Source: Bacteroidota bacterium (GTDB lineage Bacteria > Bacteroidota > Bacteroidia > AKYH767-A > OLB10). From it: DNA of 53,690 nt. Numbering within the stretch: position 1 is the stretch's first letter; each line of letters begins with the position of its first letter. The stretch covers positions 1-53,690 of the forward strand of contig JANPGA010000182.1 in NCBI GenBank assembly GCA_031423735.1, written 5' to 3'. Shown piece after piece: positions 9,838 to 19,251 of this stretch. The notes under the pieces were generated by a model. That model ran no database searches and was not told the DNA's origin. It saw only the letters and a list, made by a program, of their open reading frames with translations. The position numbers and the translations under genes were made by a program.

Positions 9838-11928
9838 ATGAAAAAACTAGCACTCTTATTACTATTCTTTTGCCCTATTTTGCTCAAAGCACAATGGCAA
9901 GAATGCGCAACACCCTTCCATGGAACTGTTCTTGAACTCGAAACATTTGATAATTATGTTTGGGCAGGAACAAAGGATGGAGGCGTCTATCGAACAACGA
10001 ATTCAAGCTCATCTTGGCAAGCAATGAATAATGGTTTACCATCTTCTTATGATAAACAAGTACAAGACTTAAACGTAATAAACGGCGAGTTATATGTAAG
10101 TGCAAGAGGTGGTCTTTATAAACGATCATCAGCAAATGCAAACTGGGTTCAACTACTCGATTTTTTTAATTCAGTAAGAAAAATTACAGGATATGGAAAT
10201 CTTATAATTGCAAGTCAAGGTGGAAATGTTAAACGAAGTATTGATAATGGAGCAACTTGGCAAAATTCAAATACTGGGTTACCAACAGGAGGATTTTATG
10301 CTGATGAAGTAGCTTCAAATCCTTTAACTGGTGAAATTCTTTTAAGTGTCGATTTTGATATTTATCAATCCACCAATTTAGGATTAAGTTGGTCGTTAAT
10401 TCCTTCTCCAGGCTCAATTCCTACTATGTTAAAGCGAATTAATAATACTATTTATCTTGGTACTGAAGCTGGCAGTCTTTATTCATGGGATCCTAATAAT
10501 GCAGCATGGACTTTATTAGGGTATGGTGGTTCTAGAGTCATTGATATGGTAATTGCAAATAATCAATATTTTGTGACTAGCTCTGGTGGGGTTTTCTATG
10601 TTCCTTTTACAGGAGGAAATGGAAATTACCAACTCGCAATTGCTAATTATCCTTCTTTTTTCCCTAATGTTTTAGCACTAGAAAAAAGTAATGATTTAAT
10701 TTATGTAGGTTGTCAAACAGAAGCGATGTATACTCTAGATACACTACAAATCGCCTATGCATTTAAAAATAATGGAATTAAATCATCACCTATTCAATTT
10801 TTAGGTGGAAACGGTAACTCTTTATTAACTCACGGTTACCTACAACATTTTACTTGGAGATCAACTGACGAATTCAATACATCGCAAATTTCTCCTACTG
10901 GCTATTTTCAAAATGATGACATTACTGATGATTATTCAGAAAACCAACGTTGGTATTTTTTAGCAAATAGTTTAGGTGTGCAATTTTCCTCTAACCAAGG
11001 ACAAAGTTTTCGTACTGCAAATACAGGTTTGCCACCAAGCCCTTTTCTAACTTACAACGTTACTTCAATTGCAAAATCAAGTTTAGGCTATTTAATTTTA
11101 GGAAGTCGTGATGGTCTCTTTTATAAATCTATTAACGATACCTCCTGGGCTTTGTTAGGAAGCTTAAATTCACAATATGAAAACATTGTAAAAATTATCA
11201 ATACTGGTAATTATTTATTTGCTGCAACAATCGATCAGCAAAGTAATTCGAATGCACATATTTATCGATCAGCTGATAACGGTCAAACGTGGCAATTACT
11301 GCCTGGCCCATTTCAAATTGGTTTGGATGTTTATGGATTTACCTATGATGGCACCAGATTTATTGCAGGAACTAATGGGTATGGAACATTTGCAAGCAGT
11401 GATTTTTGTCAAACATGGACTACCATTAATTCAGGGTTTTCTTCTGTTCAAGTATTTAAAAAACTTAAATCATTTAATGGTGATATATATGCAACTTCTG
11501 CTTTAAATCAGTACCTGTATCGGTTACCTCATAATGATACAACTTGGCAAATTGTAAATGGTAATCCTGGCGATCCTATTGCTGCCGATGTTTTTTTTCA
11601 AAATAATACGCTGTTCCTCGGAAGCCTAAATTCAGGAATATGGAAATGGCCAAACTATGTAACATCTATTAAAGAAAATTCCGAAATCACTTCCGTGTTA
11701 TTTCCAAACCCATCATCAACATGTAAATTAGAATTAACAAATGATTATACTTTGCCTTTAGTAGTTACTATTTTAGACCTTCAAGGAAAAGTTGTTTATA
11801 CAGAGATCATTAATGACAATAGAATGGAACTGCAACTCGACGCTACCCTGTTCAATAAAGGAATTTATACTGTTAACTTTAAAGATAAAAATAAAAAATC
11901 GGGTTCCCGTAAATGGAGTGTTCAATAA
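9838..11928 (+). CDS. BNR/Asp-box (sortilin/Ycf48-like) beta-propeller protein with T9SS C-terminal sorting domain
   Basis: Signal peptide MKKLALLLLFFCPILLKAQ. Repeated S-x-D-x-G-x-T-W motifs (SIDNGATWQ, STNLGLSWS, SADNGQTWQ). The C-terminus FPNPSS...GIYTVNF... is a type-A T9SS CTD. Confidence 0.85.
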   Translation: MKKLALLLLFFCPILLKAQWQECATPFHGTVLELETFDNYVWAGTKDGGVYRTTNSSSSWQAMNNGLPSSYDKQVQDLNVINGELYVSARGGLYKRSSANANWVQLLDFFNSVRKITGYGNLIIASQGGNVKRSIDNGATWQNSNTGLPTGGFYADEVASNPLTGEILLSVDFDIYQSTNLGLSWSLIPSPGSIPTMLKRINNTIYLGTEAGSLYSWDPNNAAWTLLGYGGSRVIDMVIANNQYFVTSSGGVFYVPFTGGNGNYQLAIANYPSFFPNVLALEKSNDLIYVGCQTEAMYTLDTLQIAYAFKNNGIKSSPIQFLGGNGNSLLTHGYLQHFTWRSTDEFNTSQISPTGYFQNDDITDDYSENQRWYFLANSLGVQFSSNQGQSFRTANTGLPPSPFLTYNVTSIAKSSLGYLILGSRDGLFYKSINDTSWALLGSLNSQYENIVKIINTGNYLFAATIDQQSNSNAHIYRSADNGQTWQLLPGPFQIGLDVYGFTYDGTRFIAGTNGYGTFASSDFCQTWTTINSGFSSVQVFKKLKSFNGDIYATSALNQYLYRLPHNDTTWQIVNGNPGDPIAADVFFQNNTLFLGSLNSGIWKWPNYVTSIKENSEITSVLFPNPSSTCKLELTNDYTLPLVVTILDLQGKVVYTEIINDNRMELQLDATLFNKGIYTVNFKDKNKKSGSRKWSVQ

Positions 11929-11956
11929 CAAGATAATCGTTAATTAATACAATCAC

Positions 11957-11986
11957 AAGGGGTCTAATTGGCCCCTTTTTTATTTT
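11957..11986 (+). terminator. Rho-independent terminator
   Basis: AAGGGGTC / GGCCCCTT stem (one G.U pair) with loop TAATT, followed by TTTTTTATTTT. Confidence 0.8.
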
Positions 11987-12066
11987 CCATTAATCTACAC
12001 ATTAAAGCTTTTTGATCTAATTGCAATACTATTCATGTTTTATCCAATTATACTCAAAACATATTG

Positions 12067-12074
12067 TAATTTTG
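12067..12074 (+). promoter_or_regulatory. -7 box (TAatTTTG) upstream of glnS
   Basis: Perfect TAnnTTTG 34 nt upstream of the glnS ATG. No clear -33 TTG at the expected spacing. Confidence 0.4.
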
Positions 12075-12108
12075 CACTCCAATTTATTAAAGGTTTATTA
12101 TTACAATT

Positions 12109-13779
12109 ATGAGTACTGAAAAAGGCCCCAATTTTCTTGAAGAAATAGTTGCAGAGGATATTGCAAATGGAAAAAATAATGGTCGAATTTTAACACGTTT
12201 CCCTCCCGAACCAAATGGTTATCTACATATTGGTCATTCAAAGTCAATCGCTGTAAATTTTGGATTAGCAAATGAATTTGGTGGAAAAACGAATTTGCGT
12301 TTTGATGATACTAATCCTGAAAAGGAAGAAACAGAATATGTTGATAGTATCAAAAAAGACATTCGTTGGTTAGGTTATAACTGGGCAAATGAATTTTATG
12401 CTTCTGATTATTTTGATAAGATTTATGAGTTTGCTGTTACCTTAATTAAAAAGGGTTTAGCGTATGTAGATGATTCATCAGCCGAACAAATTGCTGCAAT
12501 GAAAGGAACTCCCACCGAAGCAGGTAAAGAAAGTCCTTTTCGTAACCGTAGTGTTGAAGAAAATTTAGATCTCTTCACTCGTATGCGTAATGCCGAATTT
12601 AAAGAAGGTGAAAAAGTACTTCGTGCAAAAATTGATATGACCTCACCCAACATGCATTTGCGTGATCCCTTGATGTATCGTATCAAACATGTACATCATC
12701 ATCGCACTGGCGATAAATGGTGCATCTATCCAATGTATGATTTCGCTCACGGACAAAGTGACGCTATCGAGGAAATTACCCACTCAATTTGCACGTTAGA
12801 ATTTGAAGTACATAAACCCCTTTACGATTGGTTTATTAATAAATTAGAGCTGTTTCCTAGTCATCAATATGAGTTTGCTCGTCTTAACCTAAACTATACG
12901 GTGATGAGTAAGCGCAAGCTTTTACAACTGGTAAATGAGAAACATGTTACTGGTTGGGATGATCCGCGTATGCCTACAATTTCAGCATTACGTCGTCGTG
13001 GTTATACTCCTGAAAGTATTCGCAACTTTGCAGATAAGGTAGGTGTTGCCCGTCGTGAAAATATGATTGATGTCGGACTTCTTGAATTTTGTGTTCGTGA
13101 AGATCTCAACAAAAAAGCAAATCGTGTGATGGCAGTTTTGGATCCAATAAAATTAGTCATCACCAATTATCCTACTGGACAAATAGAAATGTTACTTGCC
13201 GAAAATAATCCAGAAGCAGAAAATCATGGAGGCACTCGTGAGTTACCTTTCTCCAATGAACTTTGGATCGAGCGCGATGACTTTATGGAAAATGCTCCAA
13301 AGAAATTTTTCCGCTTAGGTGTTGGATTGTCTGTACGTTTGAAAAGTGCTTACATCGTAACGTGTGATGATTTCAAAAAGGACAGCGAAGGAAATGTTAC
13401 AGAAATTCATTGTCGTTATATTCCCGAAAGTAAAAGCGGTAGCGACACCTCTGGAATGACTGTTAAAGGAACCATTCATTGGGTAAGTGTTACACATGCT
13501 ATACTTGCTGAAATACGTTTATATGATCGTCTCTTTAAAGTGGAAGATCCATCCAGCGAAGAAGGTGATTTTAAAGAGTACATTAATCCAGATAGTTTGC
13601 ACATCATCACTAATGCAATGGTGGAGCCATCACTTAAAGATGCTAAGGAAGGACAGTTTTTTCAGTTTATGCGCAAAGGATATTTCTGTATCGACAAAGA
13701 TGCAACCGAAAATCATTTAGTGTTTAATAGAACTGTAACGTTAAAAGATGCTTGGTCGAAGGAGCAGAAGAAAGATTAA
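12109..13779 (+). CDS. glnS: Glutamine--tRNA ligase
   Basis: 556 aa. Contains RFPPEPNGYLHIGH (HIGH motif), VMSKR (KMSKS motif) and a C-terminal anticodon-binding beta-barrel region. Confidence 0.95.
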   Translation: MSTEKGPNFLEEIVAEDIANGKNNGRILTRFPPEPNGYLHIGHSKSIAVNFGLANEFGGKTNLRFDDTNPEKEETEYVDSIKKDIRWLGYNWANEFYASDYFDKIYEFAVTLIKKGLAYVDDSSAEQIAAMKGTPTEAGKESPFRNRSVEENLDLFTRMRNAEFKEGEKVLRAKIDMTSPNMHLRDPLMYRIKHVHHHRTGDKWCIYPMYDFAHGQSDAIEEITHSICTLEFEVHKPLYDWFINKLELFPSHQYEFARLNLNYTVMSKRKLLQLVNEKHVTGWDDPRMPTISALRRRGYTPESIRNFADKVGVARRENMIDVGLLEFCVREDLNKKANRVMAVLDPIKLVITNYPTGQIEMLLAENNPEAENHGGTRELPFSNELWIERDDFMENAPKKFFRLGVGLSVRLKSAYIVTCDDFKKDSEGNVTEIHCRYIPESKSGSDTSGMTVKGTIHWVSVTHAILAEIRLYDRLFKVEDPSSEEGDFKEYINPDSLHIITNAMVEPSLKDAKEGQFFQFMRKGYFCIDKDATENHLVFNRTVTLKDAWSKEQKKD

Positions 13780-14135
13780 TGATTCACGAGTTACATATTC
13801 ATAACATCGAATGCCATTCGTATCATGGTTGTATCGAGGAGGAAGGACTTATTGGTAGTCGCTTTTCTGTTGACCTCGATCTTACATTGGACTTTTCAAA
13901 AGCTGTGGAAACCGATGACCTACAATTCACCGCCGACTATGTTGTTTTACATAATATGGTTCGCGAAGAAATGGCAATACGTAGTAAACTAATCGAACAT
14001 GTGGCAGGACGAATTTTAAAGCGTCTTCAACAATTGTATCCTGCTTGTTCACAAGTACGCGTTGCTGTAACCAAATTTAATCCTCCCGTAAACGGGCAAC
14101 TGGGAAATGCAACAGTGGTAATATCTAAGAGCTAA
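13779..14135 (+). CDS. folB: Dihydroneopterin aldolase
   Basis: MIHELHIHNIECHSYHGCIEEEGLIGSRFSVDLDL... resembles FolB. The ATG at 13779 overlaps the glnS TAA (TAATG). The track's TTG at 13752 would add 9 residues inside glnS, so I did not use it. Confidence 0.8.
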   Translation: MIHELHIHNIECHSYHGCIEEEGLIGSRFSVDLDLTLDFSKAVETDDLQFTADYVVLHNMVREEMAIRSKLIEHVAGRILKRLQQLYPACSQVRVAVTKFNPPVNGQLGNATVVISKS

Positions 14136-14153
14136 AGAATAATATAAATAAAA

Positions 14154-15620
14154 CTACAGTTTTTCAATTTTTTGTTGAGACTTATTACCTTTTTTATCAG
14201 CCAACTCTATTATATAAATTCCTTTACTAAGTGTAGATATATTAATTGATGCTTTCACATTAAAAGATTGTTGAATTAAAATCCTTCCCGTAAAATCATA
14301 AATTGTTAATGTTGAATTTGTGAAATTTGGTGACGAAATTGAACAAATATCAGAAATAGGATTCGTAACAGTTATATCCTTAGCTGTTAAATTTTGTTCA
14401 CTAATGCCTGTAGTAGAAGTGAAATTGAGATTTATTGTTGCAGTTGATGTTGCAGGAGGAGTCCCATTGTCAGTTGCGAATACATGAATAACTTTGTTTC
14501 CAGAATTTATATTTCCTGGAGCATGTAATTCTAAAGATGCAAAATTCCCTGCATTATATACATCAGTTAATCCATTTATTCCTGGTGCATTATAGGTAAT
14601 TGTAGTAATTTGATTTTGTTCTGGAGAAAGAAAGTTGATCTTTAGTGCAAATGAATCTACAGATGAAATTGTGATCGTATCGCATCCAACTGGTAAATTT
14701 ACGATAGGAGGAATATTGTTTCCTGATGCACAAACATTGAAATAAAAATACTGATTATCTAAAGCATCAATACCGTCATTATTTCCGAAAGGACCATCAA
14801 ATGCAACACCAGGTTGATCAAATTGCCCAATCTGTATATATTCAATTCCATTTCCTTTATTAATGCCAACTGTTGCTGGGTCACCATAAAGCCCACCAAT
14901 GCCATTTGACGCATCTCCCGTTGTCCATTGCATATCTTTATAGCAAAATGAAATATTATCACTATCAGGTATAATCGAATCAAGGTTGTTTGATATAATC
15001 ATTTGAAATGTATTAACTAAATTGGATTGAGTATCGTAATATCCAACATTTTCCCATTGAATAATTAAGGAGGAGCTCGTTAGTTTATAATACACTAATC
15101 CACTTGTAAAATCACGTGTATCAACATCTGCCCAAAATGGAGCAATCATTTCATATAAATTATTTGGAAAGGGTGTTGATGTAAAATCTGAATAAGGATT
15201 TATCATTGACAAATTTCCGTTATTATTAATATATACATCACTTATAGGATCTCCATAAAAACAAAAACTAAATGGAAGAGGTATTACATTCGATGACCAA
15301 TCATCATTTCTATATTCTGGAGGAAGTCCCGGACCACCATTTACGCCAGACCCATCAAATGATACAATGTTCCAAGTTGGATCGCGGTCTATCCAACAAT
15401 TACATCCATTTGTTGCATTATGGGCTACTTTATTAGTAATAATAAACGGATGTAAACCCTTTGCATCGTAATTAACAAAATGCTCTTTTCCTGTTAATTT
15501 CCCAGCTTTCTTAATAGCATTGATCTTATTCATATCAACCGTCTTTACATCTTGTTGTGCATATAATACAGTTGAACTTATCACAAAAATAATTGCCGTA
15601 AATAGTTTTAGTAATTTCAT
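14154..15620 (-). CDS. Secreted NIDO (nidogen-like) domain protein with T9SS C-terminal sorting domain
   Basis: Signal peptide MKLLKLFTAIIFVISSTVLYAQ. Contains the IAPFWADVDTR motif characteristic of NIDO domains. The C-terminus ...LTIYDFTGRIL...GIYIIEL... is a T9SS CTD. Confidence 0.75.
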   Translation of the reverse strand: MKLLKLFTAIIFVISSTVLYAQQDVKTVDMNKINAIKKAGKLTGKEHFVNYDAKGLHPFIITNKVAHNATNGCNCWIDRDPTWNIVSFDGSGVNGGPGLPPEYRNDDWSSNVIPLPFSFCFYGDPISDVYINNNGNLSMINPYSDFTSTPFPNNLYEMIAPFWADVDTRDFTSGLVYYKLTSSSLIIQWENVGYYDTQSNLVNTFQMIISNNLDSIIPDSDNISFCYKDMQWTTGDASNGIGGLYGDPATVGINKGNGIEYIQIGQFDQPGVAFDGPFGNNDGIDALDNQYFYFNVCASGNNIPPIVNLPVGCDTITISSVDSFALKINFLSPEQNQITTITYNAPGINGLTDVYNAGNFASLELHAPGNINSGNKVIHVFATDNGTPPATSTATINLNFTSTTGISEQNLTAKDITVTNPISDICSISSPNFTNSTLTIYDFTGRILIQQSFNVKASINISTLSKGIYIIELADKKGNKSQQKIEKL

Positions 15621-15845
15621 GTTATTAAAGTTAGTAATAGTTATTTTAAAATTTTTATTCGAATATACTAAGAAATATTTAACAATTGGAATAACCAGCC
15701 GTTTGTTAACACCCCACCAATGATTTCTTTACCCGAATTCCTCATTTCAATATTTTTTTAACGTTACTTTCGTAAGATAAGCCCGAAAACATCCATTTAC
15801 TCATCCTCCACAGGGAACGAGTTTTTAACATAGTCACATAATACA

Positions 15846-18188
15846 ATGAAAAAAACAAAATCAAACAGCACCGATTATTCCAAGGAGATCAAACGCATCA
15901 GTATTGATGTTTTTAAAGAGCACCCTTATAAATCGTACAACTATAAACAAATTATTAAGAAATTTCAACAGGAACCTTTTTTCGAGGAGGCAGCAGTTTT
16001 TTTAGCAGCCTTAGAAGAAGAGCAATTACGTAAACTTACGATCAACTGTATCGAAGAACTTGCCATTGCAGGAGAGCTCGAAGAAACGGATCGTGGTAAG
16101 TTCCGTTTATTTCCTACCGAACATTTTATCACCGGACGAATTGATATCACCTCTAGTGGCAATGCCTATGTGATTAATGAAGAATTTGAAGAGGATATTT
16201 TTATTCCTAAAACACATACTGTAAACGCCATGAATGGTGATCTGGTTAAGGTCAGCCTTTATGCGCGCAAAAAAGGAAGTCGCTCAGAAGGCGAAGTGGT
16301 TGAAGTACTCGAACGTGCAAAAACGGAATTCGTAGGCACATTACAAATTTCAGATCGCTTTGCTTTTCTAACCTCTGATAACCCTAAAAATAAAGTAGAC
16401 ATCTTCATCCCGCTTAATAAATTAAATGGAGCATCGCAAGGTTCAAAGGCGGTTGCCAAAATTATTGAATGGAATCCCGATGCTAAAAATCCTTCGGGTG
16501 AGATTGTAAAAGTTCTAGGCTTTCCAGGTGAGAATAATGCCGAGATGGATGCCATTCTCATCGAATACGGTTTCCCACTTTCGTTCCCTGTTGATGTTGA
16601 AAAGGAGGCGGAAGAGATCCCCTATAAAATTCCAAAGAAAGAAATTGCTGCTCGTAGAGATTTTAGAAAGGTTCCAACGTTCACCATCGATCCAGTAGAT
16701 GCAAAAGATTTTGATGACGCCCTTTCTGTTCAGAAATTACCAAGTGGAAATTATGAGGTAGGAATTCATATTGCCGATGTTTCTCACTATGTGCAACCTG
16801 GAACTGCATTGGATACAGAAGGATTTAATCGGGCAACTTCTATCTATTTGGTGGATCGTGTGATCCCAATGTTACCAGAGAAGCTAAGTAACAATGTTTG
16901 TTCATTACGCCCTGGCGAAGATAAATTATGTTACTCCGCAGTTTTTGAGATTGCCGAAGATGCAGAAATCATCAACGAATGGTTTGGCAGAACAGTAATT
17001 CATTCGCAACGAAGATTCTCCTATGAAGAAGCACAACTCGTAATAGAAACAGGCGAAGGAGATATGCTTGAAGAGATTCAAACGCTCCAGAGATTGGCGC
17101 TACTACTTCGTAAAAAACGTTTCCAAAATGGTGCTATAACTTTCGATAAGGTGGAAGTGAAATTTAAACTGGATGAAGCAGGAATGCCAATCGGTGTTTA
17201 TCTAAAAGAAAGCAAAGACAGTAATAAGTTGATCGAAGATTTTATGCTGCTTGCCAACCGAAAGGTTGCCGAATTTGTTGGAAAAAAACTAGCTCAAGAA
17301 AAAGGCAAAGAATATCCTTTTGTTTACCGCGTCCATGACTCTCCCTCCTCTGAAAAACTAGCAAATTTCTCTTTATTCGCAGGAAGGTTCGGACATTCCA
17401 TCAATACAAAATCCGACAAAGATGTTGCACACTCCCTCAACAAATTAATGAAGGAAATTAAAGGTACGAAGGAGCAAAATGTACTCGAGCAACTAGCAAT
17501 TCGTACGATGGCGAAAGCAATTTACACCACTAACAATATTGGTCATTACGGATTAGCATTCGATTACTACACCCATTTCACTTCTCCAATTCGTCGTTAC
17601 CCTGATGTGATGGTGCATCGCTTACTTGATCATTATCTAAAAAATGGAAAGCCAGTAAAAGCAGATGAAATCCAAGCACAATGCAAGCACAGTACCGATA
17701 TGGAAATTCGTGCTTCAGAAGCTGAACGTGCATCAATAAAATTCAAGCAAGTGCAATACATGATTGGCCACGAAGGTGAAGTTTTTGATGGCTTAATTTC
17801 AGGTGTTACTGAGTGGGGATTATATGTTGAGTTAGTAGAAAATAAATGCGAAGGATTAATTCGTGTTCGTGATCTTGATGATGATTTTTACGATCTCGAT
17901 GAAAAAAATTATTGCTTGATAGGAAGAAGAAATCATCGTAAATTTCAGTTAGGGGATTCCGTAAAAGTGCAACTTAAAACAGCTGATCTTGCTCGCAAGC
18001 AAATCGACTTCCTCCTCGATGATCCAAGTCGCTTGCCTGATTCATTTTCCAAAAGCCCATCTAACTCCAACTTTAAACATTTTGGCGAATCATCCTTTAA
18101 ACCAAATCATGGCTCCAAGCCAGAGAAGAAGCATAAAGGAAATAGTAAGGGTGGATCAAAAGGAAAGTCTAAAAAGAGTAGATGGTAG
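15846..18188 (+). CDS. rnr: Ribonuclease R
   Basis: 780 aa. Cold-shock/OB N-terminal region, RNB catalytic domain (FTIDPVDAKDFDDALS, HYGLA...YTHFTSPIRRYPD), S1 domain and a lysine-rich tail. Confidence 0.95.
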   Translation: MKKTKSNSTDYSKEIKRISIDVFKEHPYKSYNYKQIIKKFQQEPFFEEAAVFLAALEEEQLRKLTINCIEELAIAGELEETDRGKFRLFPTEHFITGRIDITSSGNAYVINEEFEEDIFIPKTHTVNAMNGDLVKVSLYARKKGSRSEGEVVEVLERAKTEFVGTLQISDRFAFLTSDNPKNKVDIFIPLNKLNGASQGSKAVAKIIEWNPDAKNPSGEIVKVLGFPGENNAEMDAILIEYGFPLSFPVDVEKEAEEIPYKIPKKEIAARRDFRKVPTFTIDPVDAKDFDDALSVQKLPSGNYEVGIHIADVSHYVQPGTALDTEGFNRATSIYLVDRVIPMLPEKLSNNVCSLRPGEDKLCYSAVFEIAEDAEIINEWFGRTVIHSQRRFSYEEAQLVIETGEGDMLEEIQTLQRLALLLRKKRFQNGAITFDKVEVKFKLDEAGMPIGVYLKESKDSNKLIEDFMLLANRKVAEFVGKKLAQEKGKEYPFVYRVHDSPSSEKLANFSLFAGRFGHSINTKSDKDVAHSLNKLMKEIKGTKEQNVLEQLAIRTMAKAIYTTNNIGHYGLAFDYYTHFTSPIRRYPDVMVHRLLDHYLKNGKPVKADEIQAQCKHSTDMEIRASEAERASIKFKQVQYMIGHEGEVFDGLISGVTEWGLYVELVENKCEGLIRVRDLDDDFYDLDEKNYCLIGRRNHRKFQLGDSVKVQLKTADLARKQIDFLLDDPSRLPDSFSKSPSNSNFKHFGESSFKPNHGSKPEKKHKGNSKGGSKGKSKKSRW

Positions 18189-18274
18189 GTTTTAGGGGTA
18201 TATGAACAATTGCTTGGTGGTTATCAATAATTTCACTGCTCTACAAGTATCAATTGTAATTATCTTCGCGGCAC

Positions 18275-19168
18275 ATGCTACTCCTCACTCCTCAAAAATT
18301 TACAGATTACGAATTAATCGATTGTGGCGATTTCGAAAAACTGGAAAGGTTTGGAAAATATATTACAATACGCCCTGAACCTCAAGCGGTTTGGCAACGA
18401 AGAATGCCTACTTCCGAGTGGAATAAAGTGGCCCATGTTAGGTTTCAGGCAAAGTCAAGTTCTGCTGGTATCTGGGTAAAGCTTAAAAAGGAAATGCCCG
18501 ATCAGTGGAAGATCAAGTATAATATTGGAGGAAGAGCAAATGCCGAAATCACTTTTCGTTTAGGATTAACTTCTTTTAAACACGTTGGTATTTTTCCCGA
18601 GCAAGCGGTTAACTGGGATTTTAGTTATGATCAAATTACCGAAATTAAAAAGACGGTTCCTGTTCCTCGTGTACTTAACCTATTCGCTTATACCGGTGGT
18701 GCGTCGTTGGCAGCTAAAGCAGCTGGCGCAGATGTAATTCACCTTGATTCTATAAAGCAAGTTGTTTCATGGTCGAAGGAAAACATGGAATATTCGAACT
18801 TAAAGGATATTCGATGGTTAGTGGAGGATGCAAGCACTTTCGTGAAGAGAGAACAAAAACGCGGAAAAACGTATCATGGAATCATTCTGGATCCTCCGGC
18901 ATTTGGCCATGGCCCTAACGGAGAAAATTGGAAACTAGAGGAAATGATCAATGAAATGATTCATAATGTTGCTGATTTGCTCGAACCAGAAAACTCATTT
19001 CTAGTGCTAAACACGTATTCTCTAGGTTTTTCAGCAATGATTATCAGAAACCTGCTAGCAGAAGCATTCCCTAAACGGATGAATAAAGCCCAATACGGTG
19101 AAATTTATCTCGATGCAACCTCAAAAGTTCAACTTCCATTAGGAGTTTTTGGAAGATTGGCCGTATAG
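18275..19168 (+). CDS. Class I SAM-dependent (RlmI-like) methyltransferase
   Basis: 297 aa. Motif I is LNLFAYTGGASLAAKAAGA and motif IV is IILDPPAFG. Confidence 0.8.
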   Translation: MLLLTPQKFTDYELIDCGDFEKLERFGKYITIRPEPQAVWQRRMPTSEWNKVAHVRFQAKSSSAGIWVKLKKEMPDQWKIKYNIGGRANAEITFRLGLTSFKHVGIFPEQAVNWDFSYDQITEIKKTVPVPRVLNLFAYTGGASLAAKAAGADVIHLDSIKQVVSWSKENMEYSNLKDIRWLVEDASTFVKREQKRGKTYHGIILDPPAFGHGPNGENWKLEEMINEMIHNVADLLEPENSFLVLNTYSLGFSAMIIRNLLAEAFPKRMNKAQYGEIYLDATSKVQLPLGVFGRLAV

Positions 19169-19241
19169 TCTAACTTTTACACTCTTTCAACGTAAGAAAT
19201 CAGTCTAATTACCGTTATGTTATTTAACGGATCATTCTCCG

Positions 19242-19249
19242 TAACTTTG
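19242..19249 (+). promoter_or_regulatory. -7 box TAacTTTG abutting the start codon of the DUF4175 gene
   Basis: Perfect TAnnTTTG ending 2 nt before the ATG at 19252 and 5 nt before the second ATG at 19255. Confidence 0.45.
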
Positions 19250-19251
19250 TT

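Noticed and set aside
9753-9935. 60-aa ORF spanning the gltX terminator and the start of the BNR gene
   Set aside because: It begins inside the terminator hairpin and overlaps a gene with a clear signal peptide start at 9838.
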